The notes: generated by a model from the letters alone, not told the origin. A DNA stretch of 64,000 nt from Verrucomicrobiota bacterium (GCA_016871515.1 VHDE01000006.1:460-64459); one strand, 5' to 3'. Positions 9,608-19,757 are shown, counted from the first letter of the stretch. Made by a program: numbers and translations.

Positions 9608-10543
9608 ATGAAAATCGCAGTGATCGGCGCGGGAGCGATGGGCAGTGTTATCGGCGGGCTGCTGGTGAAAGCCGGCAACGACGTGGCATTGATCGATGTT
9701 TGGGCGGAAGCCATTCGTGCGATCAACACCGGCGGTTTGCGTATCGAAGATAGGTCAGGAAAAACAGAGACGATTCGCGTTCTTGCCACGGACAAGCCCG
9801 CTCAAGTTGGTCCGGTAGATTTGGTGCTGATCTTCGTCAAATGCTACCACACCGAAGCTGCCGTTCGAAACGCTGCGCCCTTGATCGATCCTCAAACGGT
9901 TGTTCTCTCCCTGCAGAATGGCTGGGGAAACGGGCCACGAATCAGCGCCCTTGTAGGTCCGGAGCGATTGATTCTGGGGGTTTGTTATCACAGCGCGACA
10001 GTGGCTGGGCCAGGACATGTCCAGCATGTGGGCAAAGGGATGACATTCATGGGCGAACTGGACGGAAAGATGACGGAGCGATTGGCGCGGATTGCCGACG
10101 CATTCAACAAGGCAGATATCGAAGTCGCGCCGACGCCGACGGTGCTAAAGGAAATCTGGTCGAAGCTCGCCTTGAACATATGCACGCTGCCGACGTCGGC
10201 TTTGCTCGGTTTTTATGCCCCGCAACTTGTCCAACACGAACCGCTGCTCGACCTAATGCGGGCATTGCTGCGTGAAGCCGTGGCAGTAGCCAACGCGCAG
10301 GGAATCGCTTTGAATTTTGACGAACGTTGGGAAACGATCACTGGGCTGCTCAAACGTTGCGCGCCAAACGCCAAGGCGTCGATGCTGCAGGACGTGGAGA
10401 AAGCGCGCCAAACCGAGATCGATGTGATCAACGGCGCCATTGTTGAAGCTGGGCGGCGCTTAAACATTCCCACGCCCTACAACCATGCGATGGTTTGCAT
10501 GGTTAAGTCGCTTGAAGGAAGCTTTCAACAACTTCGGCCGTAG
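9608..10543 (+). CDS. panE: 2-dehydropantoate 2-reductase (ketopantoate reductase family)
   Basis: Start moved to ATG 9608. MKIAVIGAGAMGSVIGGLL Rossmann motif and an ApbA/PanE-like C-terminal domain. Confidence 0.75.
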   Translation: MKIAVIGAGAMGSVIGGLLVKAGNDVALIDVWAEAIRAINTGGLRIEDRSGKTETIRVLATDKPAQVGPVDLVLIFVKCYHTEAAVRNAAPLIDPQTVVLSLQNGWGNGPRISALVGPERLILGVCYHSATVAGPGHVQHVGKGMTFMGELDGKMTERLARIADAFNKADIEVAPTPTVLKEIWSKLALNICTLPTSALLGFYAPQLVQHEPLLDLMRALLREAVAVANAQGIALNFDERWETITGLLKRCAPNAKASMLQDVEKARQTEIDVINGAIVEAGRRLNIPTPYNHAMVCMVKSLEGSFQQLRP

Positions 10544-10635
10544 CTGTCAATAATTTCGAACAAGCAACCTACGAGAGTCTTGTCAACCATTTGGCTAGAG
10601 CCTAAAGTCCGTCCTTCCAATTAACGAAATATCTT

Positions 10636-11949
10636 ATGCCATCAGCCTTTCCAGAAGTTTCAAAAATCGAATACGACGGTCCACAATCGAAGAATCCACT
10701 GGCCTTTAGACATTATCATCCTGATGAAATCGTCGAAGGCAAAACGATGAAGGAGCATCTGCGGTTTTCCGTCACGTACTGGCACACCTTTCGCGGACAA
10801 TTGGCAGACATGTTCGGCGTCGGAACCGCGCAGCGTCCGTGGGAGGATGGAACGAATTCGGTCGCCATGGCGCAGAAACGAGCGCGCGTGGCTTTCGAAT
10901 TCATGGATAAACTGGGCGCACCCTTCTACGCGTTTCACGATCGTGACGTGGCGCCTGAAGGCCGCAATCTAAAAGAGAGCAACAAGAATCTCGACGCGGT
11001 CGTGAAAGTCCTGAAGGAGGAACAGAAGCGCACGGGCATTGGACTGCTCTGGGGAACCGCTTGCCTGTTTGTTCACCCGCGTTACATGCACGGCGCGGCC
11101 ACGAGTTGTAACGCCGACGCCTTTGCTTACGCCGCCGCCCAGGTCAAGAAAGCGCTCGAAGTCACGCACGAACTCGGCGGCGCTGGTTATGTCTTCTGGG
11201 GCGGACGCGAAGGTTACACAACGTTGCTAAATACTGACCTCAAGCGAGAGATGGATCACCTCGGCGCGTTCCTGCACATGGCCGTCGATCACAAAAAGAA
11301 GATCGGATTTAAAGGACCGTTCTACATCGAACCAAAGCCAAAGGAGCCAACCAAGCATCAGTACGATTCAGACGCGGCAGCTTGTTTGAACTTCTTGCGC
11401 GAGTACGACCTGCTCGATCACTTCAAGCTCAACATCGAGACCAACCACGCCACGCTGGCGGGACACACCATGCAGCACGAACTCGAAGTTGCGGCGGCAA
11501 CCAACGCGCTTGGCTCAATCGACGCAAACATGGGAGACGTGATGCTCGGATGGGACACCGATCAGTTCCCCACCGATGTCTATCTCACAACGCAAGTCAT
11601 GTTAACGATCCTGAAGATGGGCGGTTTCACGACCGGTGGGACGAACTTCGACGCCAAGGTGCGTCGGGAAAGTTTCGAACCTGTTGACCTTTTCTACGCG
11701 CACATTGCCGGCATGGACGCTTTTGCGCGAGGATTGAAGATTGCGGCCGCGATTCGCAAGGACGGAAGGCTCGCCGGCTTCGTGAAGCAACGTTACAGCT
11801 CTTGGGATTCGAGTATCGGCGCGAAGATTGAGAAAGGCAAAGTTGGCTTCAAAGAATTGGAAGCGTACGCGTTGCAGATCGGCGAGGTGACGACGAACAC
11901 CAGCGGACGGCAAGAATATCTCGAGAACCTCATTAACGAGTTCATTTGA
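10636..11949 (+). CDS. xylA: xylose isomerase
   Basis: 437 aa. Hallmarks: [43 protein letters not shown]. Confidence 0.95.
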   Translation: MPSAFPEVSKIEYDGPQSKNPLAFRHYHPDEIVEGKTMKEHLRFSVTYWHTFRGQLADMFGVGTAQRPWEDGTNSVAMAQKRARVAFEFMDKLGAPFYAFHDRDVAPEGRNLKESNKNLDAVVKVLKEEQKRTGIGLLWGTACLFVHPRYMHGAATSCNADAFAYAAAQVKKALEVTHELGGAGYVFWGGREGYTTLLNTDLKREMDHLGAFLHMAVDHKKKIGFKGPFYIEPKPKEPTKHQYDSDAAACLNFLREYDLLDHFKLNIETNHATLAGHTMQHELEVAAATNALGSIDANMGDVMLGWDTDQFPTDVYLTTQVMLTILKMGGFTTGGTNFDAKVRRESFEPVDLFYAHIAGMDAFARGLKIAAAIRKDGRLAGFVKQRYSSWDSSIGAKIEKGKVGFKELEAYALQIGEVTTNTSGRQEYLENLINEFI

Positions 11950-11956
11950 GGCGAAT

Positions 11957-12065
11957 CTCGCGCCCCTCTCCCTAACCCTCCCCATGAACCGGGCTCCAGG
12001 AGCGCAGTGCGCGAGATTTTGTTTCGGAGAAGTTTCTCCCCATCCGATGGGGAGAGGGGCGCGAG
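11957..12065. repeat. family C palindromic element filling the xylA-MBL spacer
   Basis: Perfect 15-nt terminal inverted repeats ctcgcgcccctctcc / ggagaggggcgcgag. Internal gcgcgagattttgtttcggagaagtttctcccc. Ends exactly at the ATG at 12066. Confidence 0.65.
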
Positions 12066-12830
12066 ATGAGCACACGCATTCGTTTCTTCGGCGTTGCGGC
12101 TTACGAGATCATCACGAGCCAAGGACAGCACGTTCTTCTCGACCCTGTCATCGACGAGAATCCGGGCAGCCCGGTCAAATCGCACGAACTGGACCGAGTC
12201 GATCTCGTCATCGTCTCCCACGCGGCAGTCGATCACTTAGGCGACACCGAAACTATCGCAAGGCGAACCGGTGCGCCCATCATCTGCGGCGGCGAGGTGA
12301 AGGCTTACCTGACAGCGAAGGGTACCCCGGCCACACAAATCCGCGCAACGGCGTGGGGAATCGCGGTCGAGGTAGCTGGGATCAAAGTCCAATCCATCGA
12401 GTGCCATCACTGGTCGCAGATCAAAATGCCTGACGGAACATTTGCATCCGGTGCGCCGATGGCTTTCGTGGTTTATGCTGATCCCGGCGTGCGCTTCTAT
12501 CATTACGGCGACACTGCGATCTTCAGCGATATGAAACTGCAAGCGGAGCTGTATCAGCCGACCATTGGTTGCGTGGGCATTGCGAACCCACTCGAGATAC
12601 TCCATCGATTTCCGATGCCCGGCCAAATGCTCACGGCCGAAATGAACCCGCGCGAAGGCGCGTTAGCCGCGCAATGGCTGGGGCTCAAGACCGTTTTTCC
12701 GTGCCATTACATCAATCCGGACTGCGAGGAAGTTCGCGAATTCCATCAGCACCTCGCCGCAGCCAAGGCTCGCGGCGAGCGCGTGCCGGAGTCAATCGTT
12801 TTGAAGCCGGGCGACGTTTACTGCTGTTGA
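12066..12830 (+). CDS. MBL-fold metal-dependent hydrolase
   Basis: 254 aa. IRFFGVAAYEI..., SHAAVDHLGD (degenerate HxHxDH). Typical UPF0173/UlaG-like size. Confidence 0.7.
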   Translation: MSTRIRFFGVAAYEIITSQGQHVLLDPVIDENPGSPVKSHELDRVDLVIVSHAAVDHLGDTETIARRTGAPIICGGEVKAYLTAKGTPATQIRATAWGIAVEVAGIKVQSIECHHWSQIKMPDGTFASGAPMAFVVYADPGVRFYHYGDTAIFSDMKLQAELYQPTIGCVGIANPLEILHRFPMPGQMLTAEMNPREGALAAQWLGLKTVFPCHYINPDCEEVREFHQHLAAAKARGERVPESIVLKPGDVYCC

Positions 12831-12925
12831 TCCCGAGAACATTGATTCAATTCAACCCGCGAATGACTTTGTCTCAGAGCGCCGCGCAGGGCGTTTCACT
12901 GCCTTGGCAAGCGGCCGCCTTTCTT

Positions 12926-12968
12926 AAGACAAAATCATGGAGGACAAAATCATGAGCCAGAAAGATCG
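12926..12968. repeat. family L half element
   Basis: aagacaaaatcatggaggacaaaatcatgagcc. The same motif occurs at 19726-19757. Confidence 0.4.
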
Positions 12969-12983
12969 AAGCAAAGACCAGCA

Positions 12984-14450
12984 TTATTCCAGAACGTTTC
13001 GCAATTCCTTCCAGCGCGCACGCAAGCGATTCAACGTTCTGCTGTAGGCCCGTTGATTGGCCAAATTGCGCTCCTCGCAAGAATCGCGTTTCAAATCGTA
13101 AAGCTCCTCGACGATCGGTTGGGCGGCAATGTAACGAATATATTTCCAACGCTCGGTTCGCACGCCTTCACTTTGTGGAATTTTGTCGGGAACGGAATGA
13201 TGTTCGTAAAACCAGTCCTTGCGCCAATTCACGGCGCGCTTGCCTTCAACCCACGACCGGAGCGAACGCCCTTGTGTCGTTGGCGGTGAAGGAATGCCCG
13301 AATAGTCGAGAATCGTGGGAGCCAAGTCGATGTTGAGCGCCATCGCATTTGCCTCTTTTCGGCGGTTGGAGCTTTTCAGCCTAGGATCCACGATGATCAA
13401 TGGCACGCGGATCGATTCCTCGTGCATGAGCCATTTGTCGGCCATGCCGCGCTCGCCCAAGAAAAAACCGTTGTCCGAAGTGAAGATCACAATAGTGTTT
13501 TCGGCGAGGCGGAGAGTCGTTAGAGCCTGCATGATGCGGCCGATCTCGCGATCAATGCCGGTGATCAACCGAAAATAATCTCTGGCCGTCTTTTGAAACA
13601 TCTCGAGATCGGCGAATCGCCTCTGCCAACGGCGACGCCCTTCAGACGTCTTTACGAATTCCGGCTGCGCTCGGAAAAAATCTTCTCGTGTGGTCCGTGG
13701 AACCGGGAAGGTGACGTTTGCATAAAGAGATTCATCGCGCGGATCGGGGGGAAACTCACGCGGCGCACCGTCTTGGGCGTGCGGCGCTTTGAAACTCACG
13801 GAAAGACAAAACGGCTGGAGCGGATTCACCCCTTCCAAGAATGCGATGGCCTGCTCACCCATCTTGTGGGTGAGGTGATTCGTCTCTCCCCTAGCGAAGT
13901 ATTGGCCTTGGCCCGGAAACCCGCGCCAGTAATCAAATTCGTTCGTCGGCATCGCATTTCCGACGCCATATTTGCCGATGAACCCGAGGCGATAGCCGTG
14001 CTGTTTCAGCAACGCAGGGTAAGTCTTCCGAAACGCGTCTGGTGTGAAAGGCGTATTGAAATCGACGATTTTGTGCCGGCGTTCGTACTGGCCCGAGAAA
14101 ATGCTTGCGCGACTGACACAGCAGATTGATGTGGTGACAAACGCGTTCCGGAAAAGTGTGCCGCGTGCCGCCAAACGGTCAATGTTCGGCGACTGAACGA
14201 TTCGATTTCCTGTGCAGCCGAGCGAATCCCAGCGTTGATCGTCCGTGACGAGAACTAAAATGTTTGGCTTTTGGCGGCCCGGCAGGTCAGCCGCACCGGC
14301 TGCAAGCACAAGCAGAAAGCTTATGAGTATCCAGGCAGGCCGAAGCGCAGAACTGAGTTCGTACAGCGTGGCGGCTCGCAACTTGAATTGACCGCAGATT
14401 TCGCTAATAACACGGATCAAAGCGACAAACACGAGCTCATCCGTGTACAT
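12984..14450 (-). CDS. sulfatase (glucosamine-6-sulfatase-like)
   Basis: PNILVLVTDDQRWD metal-binding block. Formylglycine-site region TSICCVSRASIFSGQY. GKYG, TSDNGF. The exact start is uncertain. Confidence 0.85.
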   Translation of the reverse strand: MYTDELVFVALIRVISEICGQFKLRAATLYELSSALRPAWILISFLLVLAAGAADLPGRQKPNILVLVTDDQRWDSLGCTGNRIVQSPNIDRLAARGTLFRNAFVTTSICCVSRASIFSGQYERRHKIVDFNTPFTPDAFRKTYPALLKQHGYRLGFIGKYGVGNAMPTNEFDYWRGFPGQGQYFARGETNHLTHKMGEQAIAFLEGVNPLQPFCLSVSFKAPHAQDGAPREFPPDPRDESLYANVTFPVPRTTREDFFRAQPEFVKTSEGRRRWQRRFADLEMFQKTARDYFRLITGIDREIGRIMQALTTLRLAENTIVIFTSDNGFFLGERGMADKWLMHEESIRVPLIIVDPRLKSSNRRKEANAMALNIDLAPTILDYSGIPSPPTTQGRSLRSWVEGKRAVNWRKDWFYEHHSVPDKIPQSEGVRTERWKYIRYIAAQPIVEELYDLKRDSCEERNLANQRAYSRTLNRLRARWKELRNVLE

Positions 14451-14544
14451 TGGCGCAGTCGGCGGTCAAGAATCTTCGGCGGCGCTCTGATTCAGCCAAC
14501 GTGAAAGATTGGCACGCTTTGCGGGCCGCACTAAGCTGGCGGCG

Positions 14545-15915
14545 ATGAAACTTTCCTGCGTTAAGCTTTTGGGAATCGCTGGCGTGGTGTTGGCATTAAG
14601 CTGCCTCACGGAGGCTCACGCCAGGACCCTCGTCCGCAAACCGAACGTCATTCTCATTCTGACCGACGATCAAGGCTCGGTGGACGCGGGTTGTTACGGA
14701 GCAGCTGACCTAATCACGCCCGCAATCGATTCGTTAGCGAAGAGCGGTGTGCGGTTCACACAATTCTACGCGGCGGCTCCGGTTTGTTCGCCGTCACGCG
14801 CAGGATTGTTGACCGGCCGCTACCCACTCCGCGCGAAACTGACAACGAACGCCAGCTCACAGCCGGGAGGAACAAACGGACTGCCTGCCTCGGAAGTGAC
14901 GATTGCCGAAATGCTCAAGGCAGCCGGATACGCCACGGCGCACATCGGCAAGTGGCATCTCGGGTATCGAGCGGCGATGCTGCCGCAAGCTCAGGGGTTC
15001 GATCATTCCTTCGGACATATGGGCGGTTGCATCGACAACTACTCGCACTTCTTTTTCTGGCAAGGAGCGAATCGGCATGACCTTCATCGCAACGGAAAGG
15101 CAGTGTTCGCCGACGGCCAATTCTTTCCCGACCTGATGGCATCGGAAGCATCGCGCTTCATTGAGCAGAACAAGAATCAACCCTTCTTCCTTTATTTGGC
15201 GCTGAACATGCCGCATTACCCTTATCAAGGGGATAACAAATGGCTCAACCGTTACAAACACCTGCCCTACCCGCGCAATCTTTACGCGGCTTTCGTCTCC
15301 ACGCTTGACGAACGCATTGGCCAGCTTTTGAAGAAAGTTGACCGGCTGGGCTTGCTCGAACGCACCATTGTGATTTTCCAATCGGACCACGGGCACTCGA
15401 CGGAAGACCGGGCGCACAGCGGCGGCGGAGGGGCCGGTCCATACCGCGGCGCGAAGTTCAGCCTGTTCGAAGGAGGCATTCGCGTGCCAGCGATTATTTC
15501 GTGGCCGGGCCGCCTCCCCAAAGGCGAAGTGCGAACTCAGCTTGCTCACAGTTGCGATTGGCTGCCGACGATTGCTGAGCTGTGCAATGTCCCACTGTTA
15601 AACCCGGATGTTGACGGAAAGAGCCTTGTGCCAGTCGCACGATCCGCGAGCGCGCCGACGCCCCACGAGGTCGTTCATTGGAACGATGGCCCGCGCACCA
15701 ACGCGCAATGGGCCGTCCGTCATGGCGACTGGAAACTGATCGGCAACGCCCGCGACACCAACGGCGACAAACTCACCGATGAAGACAAGAAACTGTTTTT
15801 GACGAACCTCGCGCAGGACGTCTCCGAGCAGACGAATCTCGCCAAAGCCCAGCCGGACATTCTGCGGCGGATGCTCAAGCTGCGCGAAGATTGGATCAGC
15901 GCGCAAACAGAATGA
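14545..15915 (+). CDS. sulfatase (arylsulfatase A family)
   Basis: Start moved to ATG 14545 (signal MKLSCVKLLGIAGVVLALSCLTEAHA). PNVILILTDDQG, canonical CSPSRAGLLTGRY, GKWHLG, QSDHGH. Confidence 0.9.
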   Translation: MKLSCVKLLGIAGVVLALSCLTEAHARTLVRKPNVILILTDDQGSVDAGCYGAADLITPAIDSLAKSGVRFTQFYAAAPVCSPSRAGLLTGRYPLRAKLTTNASSQPGGTNGLPASEVTIAEMLKAAGYATAHIGKWHLGYRAAMLPQAQGFDHSFGHMGGCIDNYSHFFFWQGANRHDLHRNGKAVFADGQFFPDLMASEASRFIEQNKNQPFFLYLALNMPHYPYQGDNKWLNRYKHLPYPRNLYAAFVSTLDERIGQLLKKVDRLGLLERTIVIFQSDHGHSTEDRAHSGGGGAGPYRGAKFSLFEGGIRVPAIISWPGRLPKGEVRTQLAHSCDWLPTIAELCNVPLLNPDVDGKSLVPVARSASAPTPHEVVHWNDGPRTNAQWAVRHGDWKLIGNARDTNGDKLTDEDKKLFLTNLAQDVSEQTNLAKAQPDILRRMLKLREDWISAQTE

Positions 15916-15919
15916 TCGC

Positions 15920-15936
15920 CGCACGAGGAGCTCGTG
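15920..15936 (+). terminator. small stem-loop just after the sulfatase stop
   Basis: gcacgag-gag-ctcgtgc, a 7-bp stem with a 3-nt loop. No U-tract. Confidence 0.25.
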
Positions 15937-15938
15937 CC

Positions 15939-15966
15939 CCAATTGTGAGCGCGCGCTCACAATTGG
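15939..15966. promoter_or_regulatory. 28-bp perfect palindrome with lac-operator-like half-sites
   Basis: ccaattgtgagcgcgcgctcacaattgg. Half-sites AATTGTGAGC/GCTCACAATT are separated by GCGC. Single copy in the window. Lies 88 nt upstream of ATG 16054. Confidence 0.35.
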
Positions 15967-16053
15967 AAAAAACAGCAAGAAGGCCGCTCTGGCCGCGGGT
16001 ATTCCCATTTTGTCTTGCTTCGAATTCTGTGTGCAAGCACGGTCACGCTGGGT

Positions 16054-16314
16054 ATGAAAGCGGGGTTTGTTTCGAGCAGTAATACGCGCACCAAGAGCGG
16101 CCTCACCTTGATCGAACTCTTGTTAGTCATCGCCGTCATCGCGATTTTGGCGTCACTGATATTCCCGGCACTTTCGCGCCCGAAGAACGGGGCGCACACG
16201 GTCAAGTGCGGCAGCAACGTCCGGCAAATCGCTCTCGCTCTGCCTTTCTACGTGGAGCAACGATCTATTCCGTTGCCCGGCATACAAGGGGCTAACGACG
16301 CAACCCAAAGCTGA
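16054..16314 (+). pseudogene. truncated prepilin-type N-terminal cleavage/methylation domain protein
   Basis: MKAGFVSSSNTRTKSGLTLIELLLVIAVIAILASLIFPAL.... Only 86 aa versus the 279-aa paralog at 54942-55781. Similarity ends after ...ALPFYVEQ. Confidence 0.6.
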
Positions 16315-16324
16315 CGCCTCGCCG

Positions 16325-17121
16325 TTGTCATCGCCTCACTTCCTCGGCAGCTACGGTTACCACGGTGTGATCGAAGGTTATCCGCATAACCAAGACCTCG
16401 GAATGGCGACAACGCCCGTGCAAACAAAGACGGGCATCCGGCACGACCCGCGAGCTGTGAGAGACTTCCAATATTTTGCCCGGCTCCATGAGAAACACGC
16501 GTTACCCGTCTATCCCATTGTGATTTTCTCGCATGCCTCGGCGCGACCCGAGCCTGAAGTTTATGAGGTCGACTTTCCGGACTTGGCGGTCTTGCGGTTT
16601 TGCTATCGGGTGATCCAATTGAACCGATTGAGCTGGCGGGATTTCGTGAACCGTCCCAATCCCGTGGCGAGCGCGTTGATGTCCAAAATGAAAATGACAC
16701 GCGAAGAACGCCCGCGCGTGAAACTGGAATGCTTGCGGCTGCTGGCGACCTTGAAACTGAATCGAGCGCGGATGTGCCTGATCTCCGGATTTGTGGATAC
16801 TTACCTGCGGCTGACGTGGGAAGAGACCTTGAAGTTCAACCAAGAAGCCGATAGTCTGTTGGAGCGAAAAGAGAAAGAGACGATCATGGAACTGACCACC
16901 AGTTGGAAGGAAGAAGGACGGCTGGAAGGGCGCTACGAAGCTAACCAACAATTGGTCTTGCGGTTGTTGCGACATCGTTGGGGCAGCTTGGACCCGGCGG
17001 CTGCTGGCGCGCGTGCAAACGTTGCCCATCGAGCTTTTGGAAACAAACGCTGGCCGAAGACTTGCTGGATTTCAGCAGTCGAGCTGACCTGGAGAATTGG
17101 CTGAACCGGCGACCGGTTTAA
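16325..17121 (+). pseudogene. Rpn/YhgA-like putative transposase with DUF4351 tail, 5'-truncated and 3'-frameshifted
   Basis: The central region matches the family. The N-terminal nuclease core is absent. The canonical C-terminus LAEDLLDFSSRADLENWLNRRPV* is readable only in another frame (17050-17121). Confidence 0.6.
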
Positions 17122-17265
17122 CGGCAAAGAACGCGACGTTGGAGTTCCGGCTGGCGGACTGGGATCACGAGCTGCTTTGATAACGAGCAGGCAGCCCCTT
17201 AGCTGGCGTGCCAATCATTGTTCGCAGTTCAGTGCCTGCTTCAATTCAATGACGCCGATTGCGCG

Positions 17266-19515
17266 TCAATTCTCGCCGCGCTGGGGCTTCGCTTCGAAAT
17301 CCAGGACCAAGACTGTGCTTGGATTGCGCCACACCCGGCAAAGTGGTTCTGGCGAGCGCTTGGAGGGAGGATCCTTGAGATCCGGATTTGTTGAATAGAG
17401 CCGGCCGCCGCCCTCTCGCTGATATTCATAAAGTCCGGCGACGGCTGGTGAGTCGCCCCCATTTTCCAAACGATTGATCCGCTCCGCCGACCAGGCTCCT
17501 TTCAGGTCGCTATCCGATTGTTTCCACTCGCCGGTCAGTTTGCCTTGCTGCAACTGGCCCGTCAGCAAATAAGAACGGCCCTCGCGCATAAGCTCGAGCG
17601 TCAAGCGGTCTCCTTCGAAAGAACCGGCGCGAGAACTTGTCAACGAAGTGCCGGCGACTTCAACCGCAGTTCCACGTTGAGCTAGCTGGAGATCGAATTT
17701 CAGCTCAGCGCCATCGGTCGTACGGGCCGCGCATTGCCAGAGTCCGGACACGCTTTCCTCATTAGTGTTGGTGGCCGCAGGCAGTGCAAAGAAGGCGGGA
17801 TCGGTGTTTACGAAAAGCGCATTGGACGGCATCGCCTCGAAGGAAAGCTTTCCTTCTTTTATCATCGCGAAAATCGGCGCCAACCCTGGTCGTTCCCGCG
17901 CTGGAGGCACTGCGAAGAAAGCGACCTCCTTGATGGATTTCCACGCGTTTTCCTTCTCGATCTCTTCTCGAAACAGGTAACGAACGTTTCCATCACGATC
18001 CGCCATTCGATAGACCGGCGCGGGGAGGCTCAGTCGGGAATCGTCCAGCGCGAGCCGGTACATGATTTGGTTGTAATCATAGCGCGGAGTTTTCTCGCGC
18101 GCGCCTGAAAACGAAGCCGTGTACGTGCCTTCGAAGTAGATGAGCCGGCCGTTTTCTTGATCGAAGAACGGATGCTGAGTTGGATTGTAGAAATTGTAGT
18201 TGTCGTGCGATACGACCCGTCGCGCGTACACCCAAGGTCCTGCCGGTGTATCACCCTCGGCGAACCAAATCTCTCCGGCCTTCGCCGACATTATCATCAC
18301 CCAGCGCTTGCGAAATTCATTCCAATAAACCGAACCGCGAGCTGCTTCCACTGGTGAGCCGGTCTCGATGTCGTGCAATTGAATCCAGTTTTCCTCGGGC
18401 TTTAGCCGGCCTGCTGAGGTGAGCTGTCGCCGCCGCCCCGAATGCAACCGATCGGCGCCCGCTTTCCACGAATATCGCGGGCGTGCCGCACCATCGCGGT
18501 CCACTTCCGTGTCTTTGCCTCGGACCTTGCCATCGCCGGCAACGCACGTGAGCGCTTCGTAGTTCTGCAAATCGGCCAGACTCTTCAAGTCAGCCCGCAC
18601 GCGCCAATTCGGATAAAGATAGTAATACTGTACGCCACCCACATCTGCCCGGAATGGGTGTGCCGAATCGTGGCCGTCGTGAATCTCCCAACGCCGAATC
18701 GATTCGAACACCTCCTTCTCGTCATTAAACACCATCAGATGCCAATCATGCGTGTAACCGAGGTCACGATGGTTCGCAAGCCGAGCGACAAGTCGTTCAC
18801 GACCGGTTTCATCGGGAAGTGTCATCAGACCTTCAATCCATCGAAGGCCTTGGCCCGGCAGCGGGCACATCGGTTTGCTGAAGCCATTGGGAGCGACAAA
18901 ATAGGTGAGATTTACACCAACGCTGGGATCGAGTCCGCCGCGTCCGGGCAATTCTGAAGTTGCCCCGGAAGCTCCGAAATTGCCGAGCGCATATCCGACG
19001 CGATCGGTGTCGCCCCAAAACCAATAAAGCTTGCCGCGATACGGAGTGACAATGACCGTGTCCTGTCCGGTCACGAGGCCATTGAGCAATGGTTGGCGTG
19101 TCGGCACAGGATGTCCGGCCAGGATGCTGTCGCGGTAAATGCCTTGTCCGGTAATGCGGTAGAGGCGCTCGGCGATGTTCAGCCGTTTGATTTTGATGGT
19201 CGCACTGGAACCGGGTCGCGGCTTCAACTTCACGCCGCGAAAGTTAAAGAAATCCTTTGGATATTCGCAGCCATGACTGCGCACGTGAAAGAAGACCTCT
19301 TGGTCCATCAAGCCCGGTTCGTAGAACGCAATGATGCCATTGCTGTCGGTCCACCAGGCTGCATGGTTGACCGTCTTCAGTTCAACAAGTGGCACACCTC
19401 GGCCTGTTTGTTCGTCGATGACAGATATGGTGAAGTAATCATTGGTTGCGGCGTGCGATAGAAGAGACGAGGCTCCCACGACAGCGGCCCAAGCAAGTGG
19501 AAAGGCAATCTTCAT
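17266..19515 (-). CDS. large secreted hypothetical protein
   Basis: Start moved to ATG 19515 (MKIAFPLAWAAVVGASSLLSHA signal). 749 aa. The N-terminal domain looks carboxypeptidase-regulatory-like. Contains a LYWFWGDTD block. Family not identified. Confidence 0.7.
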   Translation of the reverse strand: MKIAFPLAWAAVVGASSLLSHAATNDYFTISVIDEQTGRGVPLVELKTVNHAAWWTDSNGIIAFYEPGLMDQEVFFHVRSHGCEYPKDFFNFRGVKLKPRPGSSATIKIKRLNIAERLYRITGQGIYRDSILAGHPVPTRQPLLNGLVTGQDTVIVTPYRGKLYWFWGDTDRVGYALGNFGASGATSELPGRGGLDPSVGVNLTYFVAPNGFSKPMCPLPGQGLRWIEGLMTLPDETGRERLVARLANHRDLGYTHDWHLMVFNDEKEVFESIRRWEIHDGHDSAHPFRADVGGVQYYYLYPNWRVRADLKSLADLQNYEALTCVAGDGKVRGKDTEVDRDGAARPRYSWKAGADRLHSGRRRQLTSAGRLKPEENWIQLHDIETGSPVEAARGSVYWNEFRKRWVMIMSAKAGEIWFAEGDTPAGPWVYARRVVSHDNYNFYNPTQHPFFDQENGRLIYFEGTYTASFSGAREKTPRYDYNQIMYRLALDDSRLSLPAPVYRMADRDGNVRYLFREEIEKENAWKSIKEVAFFAVPPARERPGLAPIFAMIKEGKLSFEAMPSNALFVNTDPAFFALPAATNTNEESVSGLWQCAARTTDGAELKFDLQLAQRGTAVEVAGTSLTSSRAGSFEGDRLTLELMREGRSYLLTGQLQQGKLTGEWKQSDSDLKGAWSAERINRLENGGDSPAVAGLYEYQREGGGRLYSTNPDLKDPPSKRSPEPLCRVWRNPSTVLVLDFEAKPQRGEN

Positions 19516-19617
19516 TGGCGGTTTATCTGACTTTTCTGCTCGCGAGAGAGGATTGAACGGGATTACGGAGTGATGCAACAGACTTTGTTGCTCTTTTTCT
19601 GCTCTGTTCCCTTTGCA

Positions 19618-19757
19618 AGATGATTTGATTATTTTGTCCTCCACGATTCTTGTCGCGCCGGCTGCCGGTGCAACACCGTTCAACTCCTAAACCTGCTTCA
19701 GTCCGGATGGCCTGGAGCGAAGTGCGGGACAGAATCATGGAGGACAAAATCATAACC
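19618..19757. repeat. family L inverted-repeat pair in a divergent intergenic region
   Basis: Left tgattattttgtcctccacgattcttgtc. Right gacagaatcatggaggacaaaatcata, roughly the reverse complement. Spacer is about 70 nt. Confidence 0.5.

Noticed and set aside
15939-15966. The lac-operator-like palindrome as evidence of cloning-vector contamination.
   Set aside because: The centre has 4 extra bases relative to the synthetic symmetric operator. I see no lac promoter, lacZ-alpha, polylinker or backbone-like sequence in the flanks. The flanking genes are native-looking.
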